64,000 nt of DNA from an uncultured Alphaproteobacteria bacterium (GCA_944392265.1 CALXWC010000001.1:32237-96236), one strand, 5' to 3'; counted from the stretch's first letter, positions 53,045 through 61,557 are shown. The notes: generated by a model not told the origin, from the letters alone. Translations and numbers: made by a program.

Positions 53045-53938
53045 ATGAAATTTATTGATTTAGGTTTAAGTGAAAAAACGGTTCAAGCTATTCAAGAATT
53101 TGGTATTCAGGAAGCAACAACCGTTCAATCTGATGTTATTCCTTCCATTTTACAAGGAAAAGATATTTTCACCATTGCGCCTTCCCGTTGCGGAAAGACC
53201 ATGTCTTATGTTTTTCCTTTAGTTGATATTATCAGCCAAAAAAAGAAACAAAATATTTTAATCATTACACCAAGCTCAGAACAATCTGTTATGGTTTCCG
53301 ATCGCTTGTCTATTTTTAATAAATATCACGAAATTAACGAAAAAGATATTAAAGATACTCAAGAAGATATTGATACGGAAGCCAATGTAGTTATCGGTTC
53401 TCCGGATTTGTTGGTAGACTTAGTAGAAAATGGTAAATTTGATTTTTCTAAAACCAATATTTTGGTTGTTGATGATATTAACCTCATCAAGAAAAACAAA
53501 CAACTTAATAACCTTGAAAAGATTTTGGCTTTGCTCCCTAGTGATAAACAAAATATTGTTTACACTAACCGCAGATCTAAAGAAACACAATCTATTTTGG
53601 AAAAAATCTTAAAAGCTCCACAAGAAATTAAAATTGATAAAGCCAAAGAGCAAGAGATTGAAACTGTTCCAAGCCAAGAAGCTAAAACAGAGGAAAAACC
53701 TGTTGCGCAAGCTTCTCAAACCCAGAAGAAAAAAGAGAAAAACAATTCTGAAAAACCACGTTCTGCCGTTTTGCGTTCTTCTCCACAAAAAGATCGTGAA
53801 GCTTTAGATTTGGCCAGAAAGTATAAATCTTTTAATAATAAAGTTCCTGAGTTTATTCTCAATAAAGGCATTTTAGCAGATGATAAAGACTGTAATTCTT
53901 GTTTAATTTCAGATGCTAAAATATCTTCTTTATACTAA
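53045..53938 (+). CDS. Degenerate DEAD-box helicase, N-terminal RecA domain only
   Basis: Q-motif (F..LGL..T.VQ..IP) and APSRCGKT present. DEAD is replaced by DDIN and there is no second RecA domain. Alternative start at 53030. Confidence 0.75.
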   Translation: MKFIDLGLSEKTVQAIQEFGIQEATTVQSDVIPSILQGKDIFTIAPSRCGKTMSYVFPLVDIISQKKKQNILIITPSSEQSVMVSDRLSIFNKYHEINEKDIKDTQEDIDTEANVVIGSPDLLVDLVENGKFDFSKTNILVVDDINLIKKNKQLNNLEKILALLPSDKQNIVYTNRRSKETQSILEKILKAPQEIKIDKAKEQEIETVPSQEAKTEEKPVAQASQTQKKKEKNNSEKPRSAVLRSSPQKDREALDLARKYKSFNNKVPEFILNKGILADDKDCNSCLISDAKISSLY

Positions 53939-53969
53939 AAAAAAGCTCCTTTCTTAAGGAGCTTTTTTT
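53937..53969. terminator. Bidirectional terminator
   Basis: A8-GCTCCTT-tctt-AAGGAGC-T7. Confidence 0.8.
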
Positions 53970-53972
53970 ATC

Positions 53973-54131
53973 TTACCATGGAATGCCGTTAATGCAACGA
54001 CTGGGATCTTTTTCACAAATGTCATTGCCCATATCATAGAGCTTTTTTCTCTCTGGAGTGAGTTCTCCGACCTTAATTTGACAAGCACTCAACATAGACA
54101 GAAAAAGCATCAATCCAAATATTTTTTTCAT
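53973..54131 (-). CDS. Small lipoprotein
   Basis: MKKIFGLMLFLSMLSA-C lipobox; SD AGGAAG. Confidence 0.7.
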   Translation of the reverse strand: MKKIFGLMLFLSMLSACQIKVGELTPERKKLYDMGNDICEKDPSRCINGIPW

Positions 54132-54139
54132 TTTACTTC

Positions 54140-54508
54140 CTATATAATTGACCAAAAATTAATGGCAATAAACATTAATGTTAAAAATTTTGTAATGAAG
54201 ACTAAAATTTTGCTTCTTTCAAATTTGTCTGAACTTCTTTTAATGCCCAACCAAACAACCAAGGAATAATATGCCAAAAAGGCAATTAACCCCCAATAGC
54301 ATAATGAAGAAAAGATAATTCCGACATTAATATTAATGGGTTTAAAATAGTGTAAGTAATAATCTTTTAAGCTAAGATTGCCTATTTGCTTGAATATTAT
54401 AAAATCAAATATTCTGATAAAAAAATGAAGCGCTAAAATTCCAAAAATTCCAAATTTCCAAAAAGTCTCTCCGAGACTATATTCTCCACCTAAAATCTTT
54501 TGTAACAT
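54140..54508 (-). CDS. Hypothetical membrane protein
   Basis: GEYSLGETFWKFG start and 3 TM segments; SD AAAGGA. Confidence 0.7.
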   Translation of the reverse strand: MLQKILGGEYSLGETFWKFGIFGILALHFFIRIFDFIIFKQIGNLSLKDYYLHYFKPININVGIIFSSLCYWGLIAFLAYYSLVVWLGIKRSSDKFERSKILVFITKFLTLMFIAINFWSII

Positions 54509-54615
54509 TTTAAATCCTTTCTTTTTTATAACTTTGATTGTCTTTCAGAATAAGATTTGATGCAAGCAAAACACAAATGTTTCCCACAAAAAAAGGGGGA
54601 ATCCACCCCCTTTTC

Positions 54616-56328
54616 TTAAAAATGAGAAATAATTTCAATATATGGTTTTAAGCCAAGTTCTTGCAAAGTTTTGGCAATATACTGATGAATATCTGACCAA
54701 TCTGAATATCTATCAATAAATTCTTTGGCTTTGTTTGCTGATTTTGACAATTGAACCTCAATGGTTTCTGCCAAAATCTTATTCATAACATCAGGAAGCT
54801 TTGCAAAATCTATCTCTAATTTATTTTCAGAGTTAAAGCGTATTGCTCCATGATCAAGCAAATAGTTAAAGTGAATTAAATCTCCCAAGCGGTGCGGTTG
54901 AATTAATTGCGGTTTGGCTTTTAAGAATATGCGCACAATCCATGTGGTATAAATTTCTTTAAGCGTTTCTTCCGTAATCACACCTGATTTCACATATTGA
55001 GGCATCATGGCAATTGAAACCACGTCTGCCTTATTTTCTTCAATGGTGTGTTTGTAAACACCCAAAGAATTCTTAAAGCTACTGTCCGGACCTAAAGAGT
55101 GGCCGTTTTCATGACCAATCACAAATATATGTTCAGCCTCAGGATTATAATATTGATGCAACTCTTTTGACACCAAAACATTCAAAAGCTTTTTGGTTCT
55201 TTCTTTGTCTTGGCTCATTCTTACTTGGCGGTGGTATACGTTTCTTCTGCCGCCGCCTGTTTTGATGGACAACTTATCATCATTTGGCAGATTTTGCGCC
55301 GTGGTTATTGCGCCTCTGCATTGAGCATAATCTCCGGTCAAGGCTATCAAATCCACATCGACCATGGTTTGTTTTAAATCATTTGAAGAGGCTATATTTT
55401 GTTGATATCTGTCCGCATAAGGCATTAATCCGGCCAAATTTTTCATTTGTTCTTTAAATGTTAAGAGTAAGTCTGTACCTTGTTTATTAACAACACCTAC
55501 TCTCACACCGAGCATATCTTTTGAATTTACCTCTATGCCCAAAGCATCTAATTTTGCTTTAAGGTTAGCATTTTCACAAATGGTTGGGGTCATTTCATCA
55601 TCATAGTTTTCTCTGCTGATTGTAAATTCAATCGGAGAATCTTGCAAAACTGCCCAATGTTTATCTGCTAACATATCCATATCTTCATTATTTTGGATTA
55701 AGGCTTGTGCCTGCCAACCTAAAAAGTCTTTAAAAGCCTCATCCGTGGTATAATGCGCGGCTACTTCCAGCTCGTTGGCAATGGCAGAAAATTCTTTTTC
55801 AAAATATTTGGTATAGTCAATGCCCCTTAATTCATTTTCAAAACGTCTGACCATGGTTCTGGCGCTTAAAATCTGTTTGACCTCGACAATTTTGCCCTGC
55901 TCTAACATTTTGTTGATGATTTCTTGAAACTCTTCCACGCTCAAATCTTGCGGATAGTAATTGCGTCCTTTCAAGACCCCAACGTTTTTAAAAATTTGAA
56001 TTGGTTCAGGATCTATACCGTTTAAGCCGGCCACACCGTTAAAGCAATTAAACAATCTTAAGGCTTTGGCTGCATGCGAGCTATTTTTGGCTTCTTCTTC
56101 CAGCGCAAGTTTAAAAAATTTATTTTGCGGATGATCCATCTCTAAAGCCACATCGTTCATAATTTTTGCGGCTTGAACCAAATGCGTAATAACTTTTTTC
56201 TCGCTTTTAGGTAAATCCGCATAACCTTTAAAGTCTTTATCAATTAACTCTATCGGACGTCTTTTGTTGGCAAAAATGTCATCCAACTCTTCTTCAGTTA
56301 AATTAAGCTCATATCCTTTAATCTTCAT
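54616..56328 (-). CDS. Peptidase M49 (dipeptidyl peptidase III)-like metallopeptidase
   Basis: AQNLPND, HENGHSLG (HExxH), IEENKAD and NYYP.D motifs. Confidence 0.8.
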   Translation of the reverse strand: MKIKGYELNLTEEELDDIFANKRRPIELIDKDFKGYADLPKSEKKVITHLVQAAKIMNDVALEMDHPQNKFFKLALEEEAKNSSHAAKALRLFNCFNGVAGLNGIDPEPIQIFKNVGVLKGRNYYPQDLSVEEFQEIINKMLEQGKIVEVKQILSARTMVRRFENELRGIDYTKYFEKEFSAIANELEVAAHYTTDEAFKDFLGWQAQALIQNNEDMDMLADKHWAVLQDSPIEFTISRENYDDEMTPTICENANLKAKLDALGIEVNSKDMLGVRVGVVNKQGTDLLLTFKEQMKNLAGLMPYADRYQQNIASSNDLKQTMVDVDLIALTGDYAQCRGAITTAQNLPNDDKLSIKTGGGRRNVYHRQVRMSQDKERTKKLLNVLVSKELHQYYNPEAEHIFVIGHENGHSLGPDSSFKNSLGVYKHTIEENKADVVSIAMMPQYVKSGVITEETLKEIYTTWIVRIFLKAKPQLIQPHRLGDLIHFNYLLDHGAIRFNSENKLEIDFAKLPDVMNKILAETIEVQLSKSANKAKEFIDRYSDWSDIHQYIAKTLQELGLKPYIEIISHF

Positions 56329-57754
56329 TTATTGTGACCTCCACTGTCCTGAATCTGTAAACTTTTATGCGGTTAGACCAATAAGACGGACTTAAACCGG
56401 CGCTTACTTTCAATTGACTTAAAAAATCTCTCTTCTGCGGGAATTCTTGCCATTTTTGCGGTAAGAATATTCCTTGACGGTTTCCGTCTTGTAACAATAT
56501 ACCATCTACGTTTTGATTAATTTTTGCCAGTAATTCCACCTCATTGCGATAGTTTAATTTTTCAAACCCGCTTAATAAATTAATGGAAATTTTAATATCC
56601 GATAATTCATCCTGACTTATTGGCGGATAATCTTTGCTTCCGCTTGCAGCCATGTAGGTGTTGTTAGCCACATCAAAAGCTATGGCTTGCGTTGAAAGTG
56701 TAGAACCTGACATTCCTTTTATTTTGTTTTCTTTATCTTTTAAGATAACGTATGAAACCCCTTTATTAAATAAAGAATCATCCCAATCTGCTCGAGATGG
56801 TTTATAAATTTGTTTGTTGATGACAGCGCTGTCTAATGACAACTTGGCAATTTTCATCAAATCTTGACCATATTTATATGCAAAAGAGCGCAGGCTTTCT
56901 ACTTCTTGCTCTAATGTATTTAACTTTGAAATTTTGCTCTCAACCAAACGATAATTTTGTTCTTCAACATCTTCAAAATTTACCAAATCAAAAACTTTCG
57001 GGTAAAGATGTTGGTGCTGAGCTAATTCTACCACCAAATCCATAACCTCTTGGTTTTTGTTTTTTTCTTTTTCGGTATAATATTCAGACATATCGGCCGC
57101 GCCAATAATCAACGTATTGTTGTTTTCGCCCAATGCCAATAATGACTTTGCCAAATCTTCAGATAACCCCTTGCCTAATTTTATAACAATTAGATTTGTG
57201 GTGTTCAAAAATGTTTTTTTGAGCAAAGGAAGTTGTTCTTGAAGGATTTTTTCTTGAGAAAGATTTTGATATTTGACCGGAACTTTTAAATTGCTAAACA
57301 GAAAAGAATTTATTTCCTGACTATTGGCAAAAGGAGCAATATTTCCTCTGTGCAGAATAATTTCTTCATTTTTTTGCGTTGGCAAAATAAAGAATACGTT
57401 CTTTATTCTATCTCTCCAAGGAAGCAATCTGGCATAAGCCTTGGCAACATTTCCTTGAGAATATAAATATCCATCATAGGGAACGACAAATATTTTGGGA
57501 TTTGTTTGAGAAGATAAGACCTTGCTTTTATGCGACATGCTGTACGGATAAAAGAATCCGGCTGTGACCGGTATTCTGAATTTGTTGATATTGTTATCAA
57601 TCAAAATAAAATTATTTATTCTTTCCGGATTTGAGGATGTATGGCGGGAAAAATATGAATAATTCATCCAGCATAAACAAAAAATTACGGCTCCCCAAAA
57701 AATTCCTTTAAAAATCTTTTGGCGTAAGCTTAGTTCTATATCTTCTTTTCCCAT
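56318..57754 (-). CDS. Membrane-anchored degenerate MEMO1 (AmrB)-AMMECR1 (AmrA) fusion
   Basis: N-terminal TM segment. MEMO1-like TAGFFYP, VVPYDGYLYS, EQLPLL. AMMECR1-like DGILL..GIFLPQKW..AGLSPSYWS..YRF. Confidence 0.8.
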   Translation of the reverse strand: MGKEDIELSLRQKIFKGIFWGAVIFCLCWMNYSYFSRHTSSNPERINNFILIDNNINKFRIPVTAGFFYPYSMSHKSKVLSSQTNPKIFVVPYDGYLYSQGNVAKAYARLLPWRDRIKNVFFILPTQKNEEIILHRGNIAPFANSQEINSFLFSNLKVPVKYQNLSQEKILQEQLPLLKKTFLNTTNLIVIKLGKGLSEDLAKSLLALGENNNTLIIGAADMSEYYTEKEKNKNQEVMDLVVELAQHQHLYPKVFDLVNFEDVEEQNYRLVESKISKLNTLEQEVESLRSFAYKYGQDLMKIAKLSLDSAVINKQIYKPSRADWDDSLFNKGVSYVILKDKENKIKGMSGSTLSTQAIAFDVANNTYMAASGSKDYPPISQDELSDIKISINLLSGFEKLNYRNEVELLAKINQNVDGILLQDGNRQGIFLPQKWQEFPQKRDFLSQLKVSAGLSPSYWSNRIKVYRFRTVEVTINED

Positions 57755-57784
57755 ATTTCACCTTTTTGTTTTGTCTGTTTTTAT

Positions 57785-58462
57785 TTATATATCACTCTTT
57801 ATTAATTCCAAATAAAAATCTTTAAATGTGGGAAAATATTTTATTCCGTCTGCTTCTTTAATATCTGATGCAGATTGCCAAATGGGCTTTCCTACCCTTA
57901 TCGGCAGCGCATTGATTGCTTTGGCACAATCACTATCCATTGCACTATCTCCCACAACCCAAACATTTTCTCGTGTGATATCTTTAGGAGAAATAAAGTT
58001 CCTTAGCGCATACCATGCTTGTTCCGGATAAGGTTTGTCTTTAGGCGCTTCATGTCCGGCAACAATCTCATCAAACAAATTTACGTCATATAGCAATGGC
58101 AGCTCAAAATCCAACAACATTCGGTCTTTGTTGGTTAAAATTATGATTTTGATATTTTTTTGTTTCAAAAACTCAATGGTTTCCAATGTTTTATCAAAAC
58201 GGCTTATTTTGGAAGCAACAGTTTCTTTATATAATTTACGATATTCTTCATAAGCTTTTGCGGCATTCTCTTTGCCGAAAACATTGGGAAAATTATCTCT
58301 AAAAGAAAGATTGGGATCTCTTTTATCCTTTTGTTTATCCCACTCATCTAAATGATATTTTTTTAAAATTATGTTTACTACATATACAAGTGTAGAACGG
58401 CTCTCAGCCAAGGTATTGTCCCAGTCAAACAGAACATATTTTACATCTTTTAAGTTTAACAT
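57785..58462 (-). CDS. HAD family hydrolase (phosphoglycolate phosphatase-like)
   Basis: FDWDNTL, TNK, KPYP and VGDSAMD. Confidence 0.9.
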   Translation of the reverse strand: MLNLKDVKYVLFDWDNTLAESRSTLVYVVNIILKKYHLDEWDKQKDKRDPNLSFRDNFPNVFGKENAAKAYEEYRKLYKETVASKISRFDKTLETIEFLKQKNIKIIILTNKDRMLLDFELPLLYDVNLFDEIVAGHEAPKDKPYPEQAWYALRNFISPKDITRENVWVVGDSAMDSDCAKAINALPIRVGKPIWQSASDIKEADGIKYFPTFKDFYLELIKSDI

Positions 58463-58518
58463 TTTTCCTCCTTGGCAAAAGCATACTTATTTTTATTGAA
58501 ATTGCAAGTGCCGGATAC

Positions 58519-58552
58519 ACAAAAAGCATCTGAAAACTCAGATGCTTTTTGT
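58519..58552 (-). terminator. serS terminator
   Basis: ACAAAAAGCATCTGA...TCAGATGCTTTTTGT. Confidence 0.8.
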
Positions 58553-58569
58553 TTGTTTTTCTTTATGTT

Positions 58570-59856
58570 TTATGCGTTTTTACCAATTTTGGCAACACCA
58601 CCCATATATGGACGGAGTTTTTCAGGAATGTTAACCGTTCCATCTGCGTTTTGGTGGTTTTCAATAAACGGAACCAAGGCTCTTGGTGTGGCAATACCGG
58701 TGTTGTTCAAGGTGTGAACATATCTTACTTTTCCATCGGCATTGTCACGATAACGCAAGTTGGTTCTGCGTGCTTGCCATTCGGTAATGTTAGAGCAAGA
58801 GTGTGTCTCTCTATAACAATTTTGAGACGGAACCCAAGCCTCTAAGTCATATTGACGATATTTCGGGGCACCCATATCTCCGGTGCAAACTTCCAAAACT
58901 TGGTAAGGCAATTCCAAATCTTGCAATACTTCTTCTGAAATTTGCAATAATTTTTTGTGCCATTTTTCACTTTCGGCAACATCATTTTTGCAAATGACAA
59001 ATTGTTCGGTTTTCATAAATTGGTGAACACGAACCAAGCCTCTGGTGTCTTTTCCGGCTGCACCTGCTTCTCTGCGGAAACACGGAGAAAAACCGGCATA
59101 TAAAATCGGCAATTCATTTTCTTGCAAAATTTCATCTGCACGCAAAGAGTTCAAAATTAATTCTGCCGTACCGGATAAGTATAAATCATCTGCCGGCATA
59201 TAGTAAACTTCATCACGAGAGAACGGCAAATAACCTTGACCGTACAATGGTTTTTCCTTAGAAATTGACGGAACGGTAATGACTGTGAAGCCATTAGCGC
59301 GCAATTTATCCAAAACCAACATATGCATAGCCAACTCTAATTTTGCCAAATCATTTTTAATGGCATATGTACGAGAGCCAGAAACTTTGGCAATGCGTTC
59401 CATTTCTGACCAATCATTTAATTCCATTAATTCGATATGATCACGCGGTGTGAAGTCAAATTTTGGCAATTCACCAACCTTACGACGAACCACATTTTCA
59501 GAATCATCTTTTCCAACCGGACTTTCAGGGCTTGGCATATTAGGCATGCGCCACATAACCATATCAAATTTTTCTTGTTCGGCAGCTAATTTTTCTTGTT
59601 CTGCTTTCAACTCTTCGCCAATTTGTTTACTCTTGGCAATAATGGCCGGACGCTCTTCTGCAGAAGCAGATTTAATTGAGTTACTTAATTTGTTTTTTTC
59701 TTCGGACAAAGCTTGGGAGGATGTTTTGAGTTTGTTAATATCTTTATGCAATGCAATCAAGGCATCAATATCTATATCTTCTTTAGTATAACCTTTTTTG
59801 GCTAATCCTTCTTTGATAATCTCAGGATTTTCTACAATATATTTTATATCTAACAT
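58570..59856 (-). CDS. serS: Serine--tRNA ligase
   Basis: MLDIKY, GTAE, CFRREAG, RVHQF and HTLNNTGIATPR. Confidence 0.97.
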   Translation of the reverse strand: MLDIKYIVENPEIIKEGLAKKGYTKEDIDIDALIALHKDINKLKTSSQALSEEKNKLSNSIKSASAEERPAIIAKSKQIGEELKAEQEKLAAEQEKFDMVMWRMPNMPSPESPVGKDDSENVVRRKVGELPKFDFTPRDHIELMELNDWSEMERIAKVSGSRTYAIKNDLAKLELAMHMLVLDKLRANGFTVITVPSISKEKPLYGQGYLPFSRDEVYYMPADDLYLSGTAELILNSLRADEILQENELPILYAGFSPCFRREAGAAGKDTRGLVRVHQFMKTEQFVICKNDVAESEKWHKKLLQISEEVLQDLELPYQVLEVCTGDMGAPKYRQYDLEAWVPSQNCYRETHSCSNITEWQARRTNLRYRDNADGKVRYVHTLNNTGIATPRALVPFIENHQNADGTVNIPEKLRPYMGGVAKIGKNA

Positions 59857-59952
59857 TTCCTTTGTCCTACTTTTCATTATTTTTATTAATTAAACAATGT
59901 GAGTTTACGCATTATTTTTTATAAAAACAATAAAAATTTATCAATTAGAAAC

Positions 59953-59989
59953 AAAAAACCCTTGCAAGATATAACTTACAAGGGTTTTT
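59953..59989 (-). terminator. Terminator of the acidic repeat protein gene
   Basis: AAAAACCCTTG...CAAGGGTTTTT inverted repeat. Confidence 0.7.
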
Positions 59990-59993
59990 AATC

Positions 59994-61079
59994 TTAATAA
60001 TCATCATCGTCTTGATTATCACCATAATCATCATTCTGATAATCATTGTCATCATTCTGATAATCATCGTGATAGTCATCATCGTGATTGTTGTTGTCGT
60101 TGTCTTCATACTCAGAATAACCAGAGAACAAGGAATAATCATCCTTGTTTTCCTCATCATCATTGCCCCAGCTACTTTGACTATTATCATCATCGTCAGC
60201 GCGATTGTCGTCGTTGTCTTCAATCTCGCCGAACAGACTGTAATAACCCCCATTATTGTCATGATCATTATCATCGTCATTTTGAGAAGCATCGTCTTCT
60301 TCTTGAGGTTCGTCATCGTTGTCCTCATTTTGAGAAGCATCGTCTTCTTCTTGAGGCTCCTCATCGTTGTCCTCATTTTGAGAATCATCATCGTCATCTT
60401 GAGGCTCGTCTTCTTGAGGCTCATTATCGTCGTCCTCATTTTGAGAAGCATCGTCTTCTTCTTGAGGCTCCTCGTCTTCTTGAGACTTAACATAGTCATC
60501 AAAAATACTTTGAAGTTCCTCTTCTCGACGACGCTCATCATCATCTTCTTCTTGAGGCTCTTCCTCGTTAACAGGCTGTTGTTCAAAGAAGTCATCCTCT
60601 GTTAAAGAATTGGAGTTATTCTCCTCTTCTCGACGACGCTCATCATCTTCTTCTTGAGGTTCTTCCTCGTTAACAGGCTGTTGTTCAAAGAAGTCATCCT
60701 CTGTTAAAGAATTGGAGTTATTCTCCTCTTCTCGACGACGCTCATCATCTTCTTCTTGAGGCTCTTCCTCGTTAACAGGCTGTTGCTCAAAGAAGTCATC
60801 CTCTGTTAAAGAATTGGAGTTATTCTCCTCTTCTCGGCGAGGTTGTTCAAAGAACACACTTTCTGGCACACCCTGATTTTCAGACTGCTTACCTATATAA
60901 TTGAATTGGTTAGCATAAGAAGATGCATTGTCATTTTCCTCTTCTTTGTTACCATATTCCTCATAGGTATAAGCGAAAGCCTCCGAGCATGGGCATATCT
61001 GCTTCCTTCTTAACGCTGCAACAAGTTCATTATGCAGCATACATCTTCTTCTGAAGATGTGGACACATTTTATCTCCAT
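59994..61079 (-). CDS. Extremely acidic, low-complexity repeat protein (D/E/N/Q-rich)
   Basis: 361-aa ORF with its own promoter (TTGCTT-N16-TATAAT at 61139-61112) and terminator. Repeats are in frame. Confidence 0.7.
   Translation of the reverse strand: MEIKCVHIFRRRCMLHNELVAALRRKQICPCSEAFAYTYEEYGNKEEENDNASSYANQFNYIGKQSENQGVPESVFFEQPRREEENNSNSLTEDDFFEQQPVNEEEPQEEDDERRREEENNSNSLTEDDFFEQQPVNEEEPQEEDDERRREEENNSNSLTEDDFFEQQPVNEEEPQEEDDDERRREEELQSIFDDYVKSQEDEEPQEEDDASQNEDDDNEPQEDEPQDDDDDSQNEDNDEEPQEEDDASQNEDNDDEPQEEDDASQNDDDNDHDNNGGYYSLFGEIEDNDDNRADDDDNSQSSWGNDDEENKDDYSLFSGYSEYEDNDNNNHDDDYHDDYQNDDNDYQNDDYGDNQDDDDY
60270..60485 (-). repeat. Degenerate ~48-bp coding repeats (EEPQEEDDASQNEDND)
   Basis: TTTTGAGAAGCATCGTCTTCTTCTTGAGG recurs at about 60280, 60328 and 60440. 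Confidence 0.8.
60520..60853 (-). repeat. Three near-identical 102-bp coding tandem repeats (34 aa)
   Basis: GTTAAAGAATTGGAGTTATTCTCC occurs at 60601, 60703 and 60805. Confidence 0.92.
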
Positions 61080-61177
61080 AATACATACAAATTTATAATT
61101 TAACGATACAAATTATACCATATTTTCATTAAAAAGCAAAGTATTAAAAAAAATTAATTTATAACATAAAAAAACTC

Positions 61178-61206
61178 TTGCATTTTAAAATAAACTTATA
61201 TATCTT
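61178..61206 (+). promoter_or_regulatory. Sigma70-type promoter for tRNA-Thr
   Basis: TTGCAT-N17-TATCTT, 12 nt upstream of the tRNA. Confidence 0.6.
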
Positions 61207-61218
61207 TGCGATGTTGTC

Positions 61219-61293
61219 GCCGCTGTAGCTCAGTGGTAGAGCACGTCATTGGTAATGACGGGGTCGCAAGTCCGATTCTTGCCAGCGGCACCA
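61219..61293 (+). tRNA. tRNA-Thr(GGT)
   Basis: Cloverleaf: GCCGCTG/CAGCGGC acceptor stem, CGTCA-TTGGTAA-TGACG anticodon arm, GCAAG-TCCGATT-CTTGC T arm and encoded CCA. Confidence 0.96.
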
Positions 61294-61508
61294 TTAAAAA
61301 AAGGCCTCCTTAATGGAGGCTTTTTTTAATGGTAATGTTGCAGGGACGGACTTACGGGGGAAACGCAAGTTCGGAGCGGATAGTTGGTGAAAACGAGTGT
61401 TGAGCTTTAGCAATTAGCTTAGCGAAACACGAAGTTTGAACCTTACGACGCGAAAGGGACCCGTTGGCTCAACGCCAATGGGAATTTACCTTCTTGCCAG
61501 CGGCACCA
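61294..61508 (+). mobile_element. Small tRNA-linked structured element ending in an 18-bp duplication of the tRNA 3' end
   Basis: TTCTTGCCAGCGGCACCA at 61276-61293 and 61491-61508. The interior is GC-rich, palindromic and non-coding. Confidence 0.65.
61295..61330 (+). terminator. tRNA terminator
   Basis: GGCCTCC-ttaat-GGAGGCT followed by a T-run. Confidence 0.85.
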
Positions 61509-61557
61509 TATAATAAAAAAAACACCGCCTTTCTTCAAGCGGTGCTCTTTTTCATAC

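Noticed and set aside
60012-60605. 197-aa Ile/Val-rich plus-strand ORF
   Set aside because: Reverse complement of the Asp/Asn/Glu codon repeats. The promoter and terminator favour the minus-strand gene.
60270-60853. Possible CRISPR array
   Set aside because: The units are contiguous in-frame 102-bp and 48-bp coding repeats with no unique spacers, and no cas genes are present.
61201-61208. TATCTTTG matching the Bacteroidota -7 promoter element
   Set aside because: Equally explained as the -10 of a TTGCAT-N17 sigma70 promoter; a single short match is not informative.
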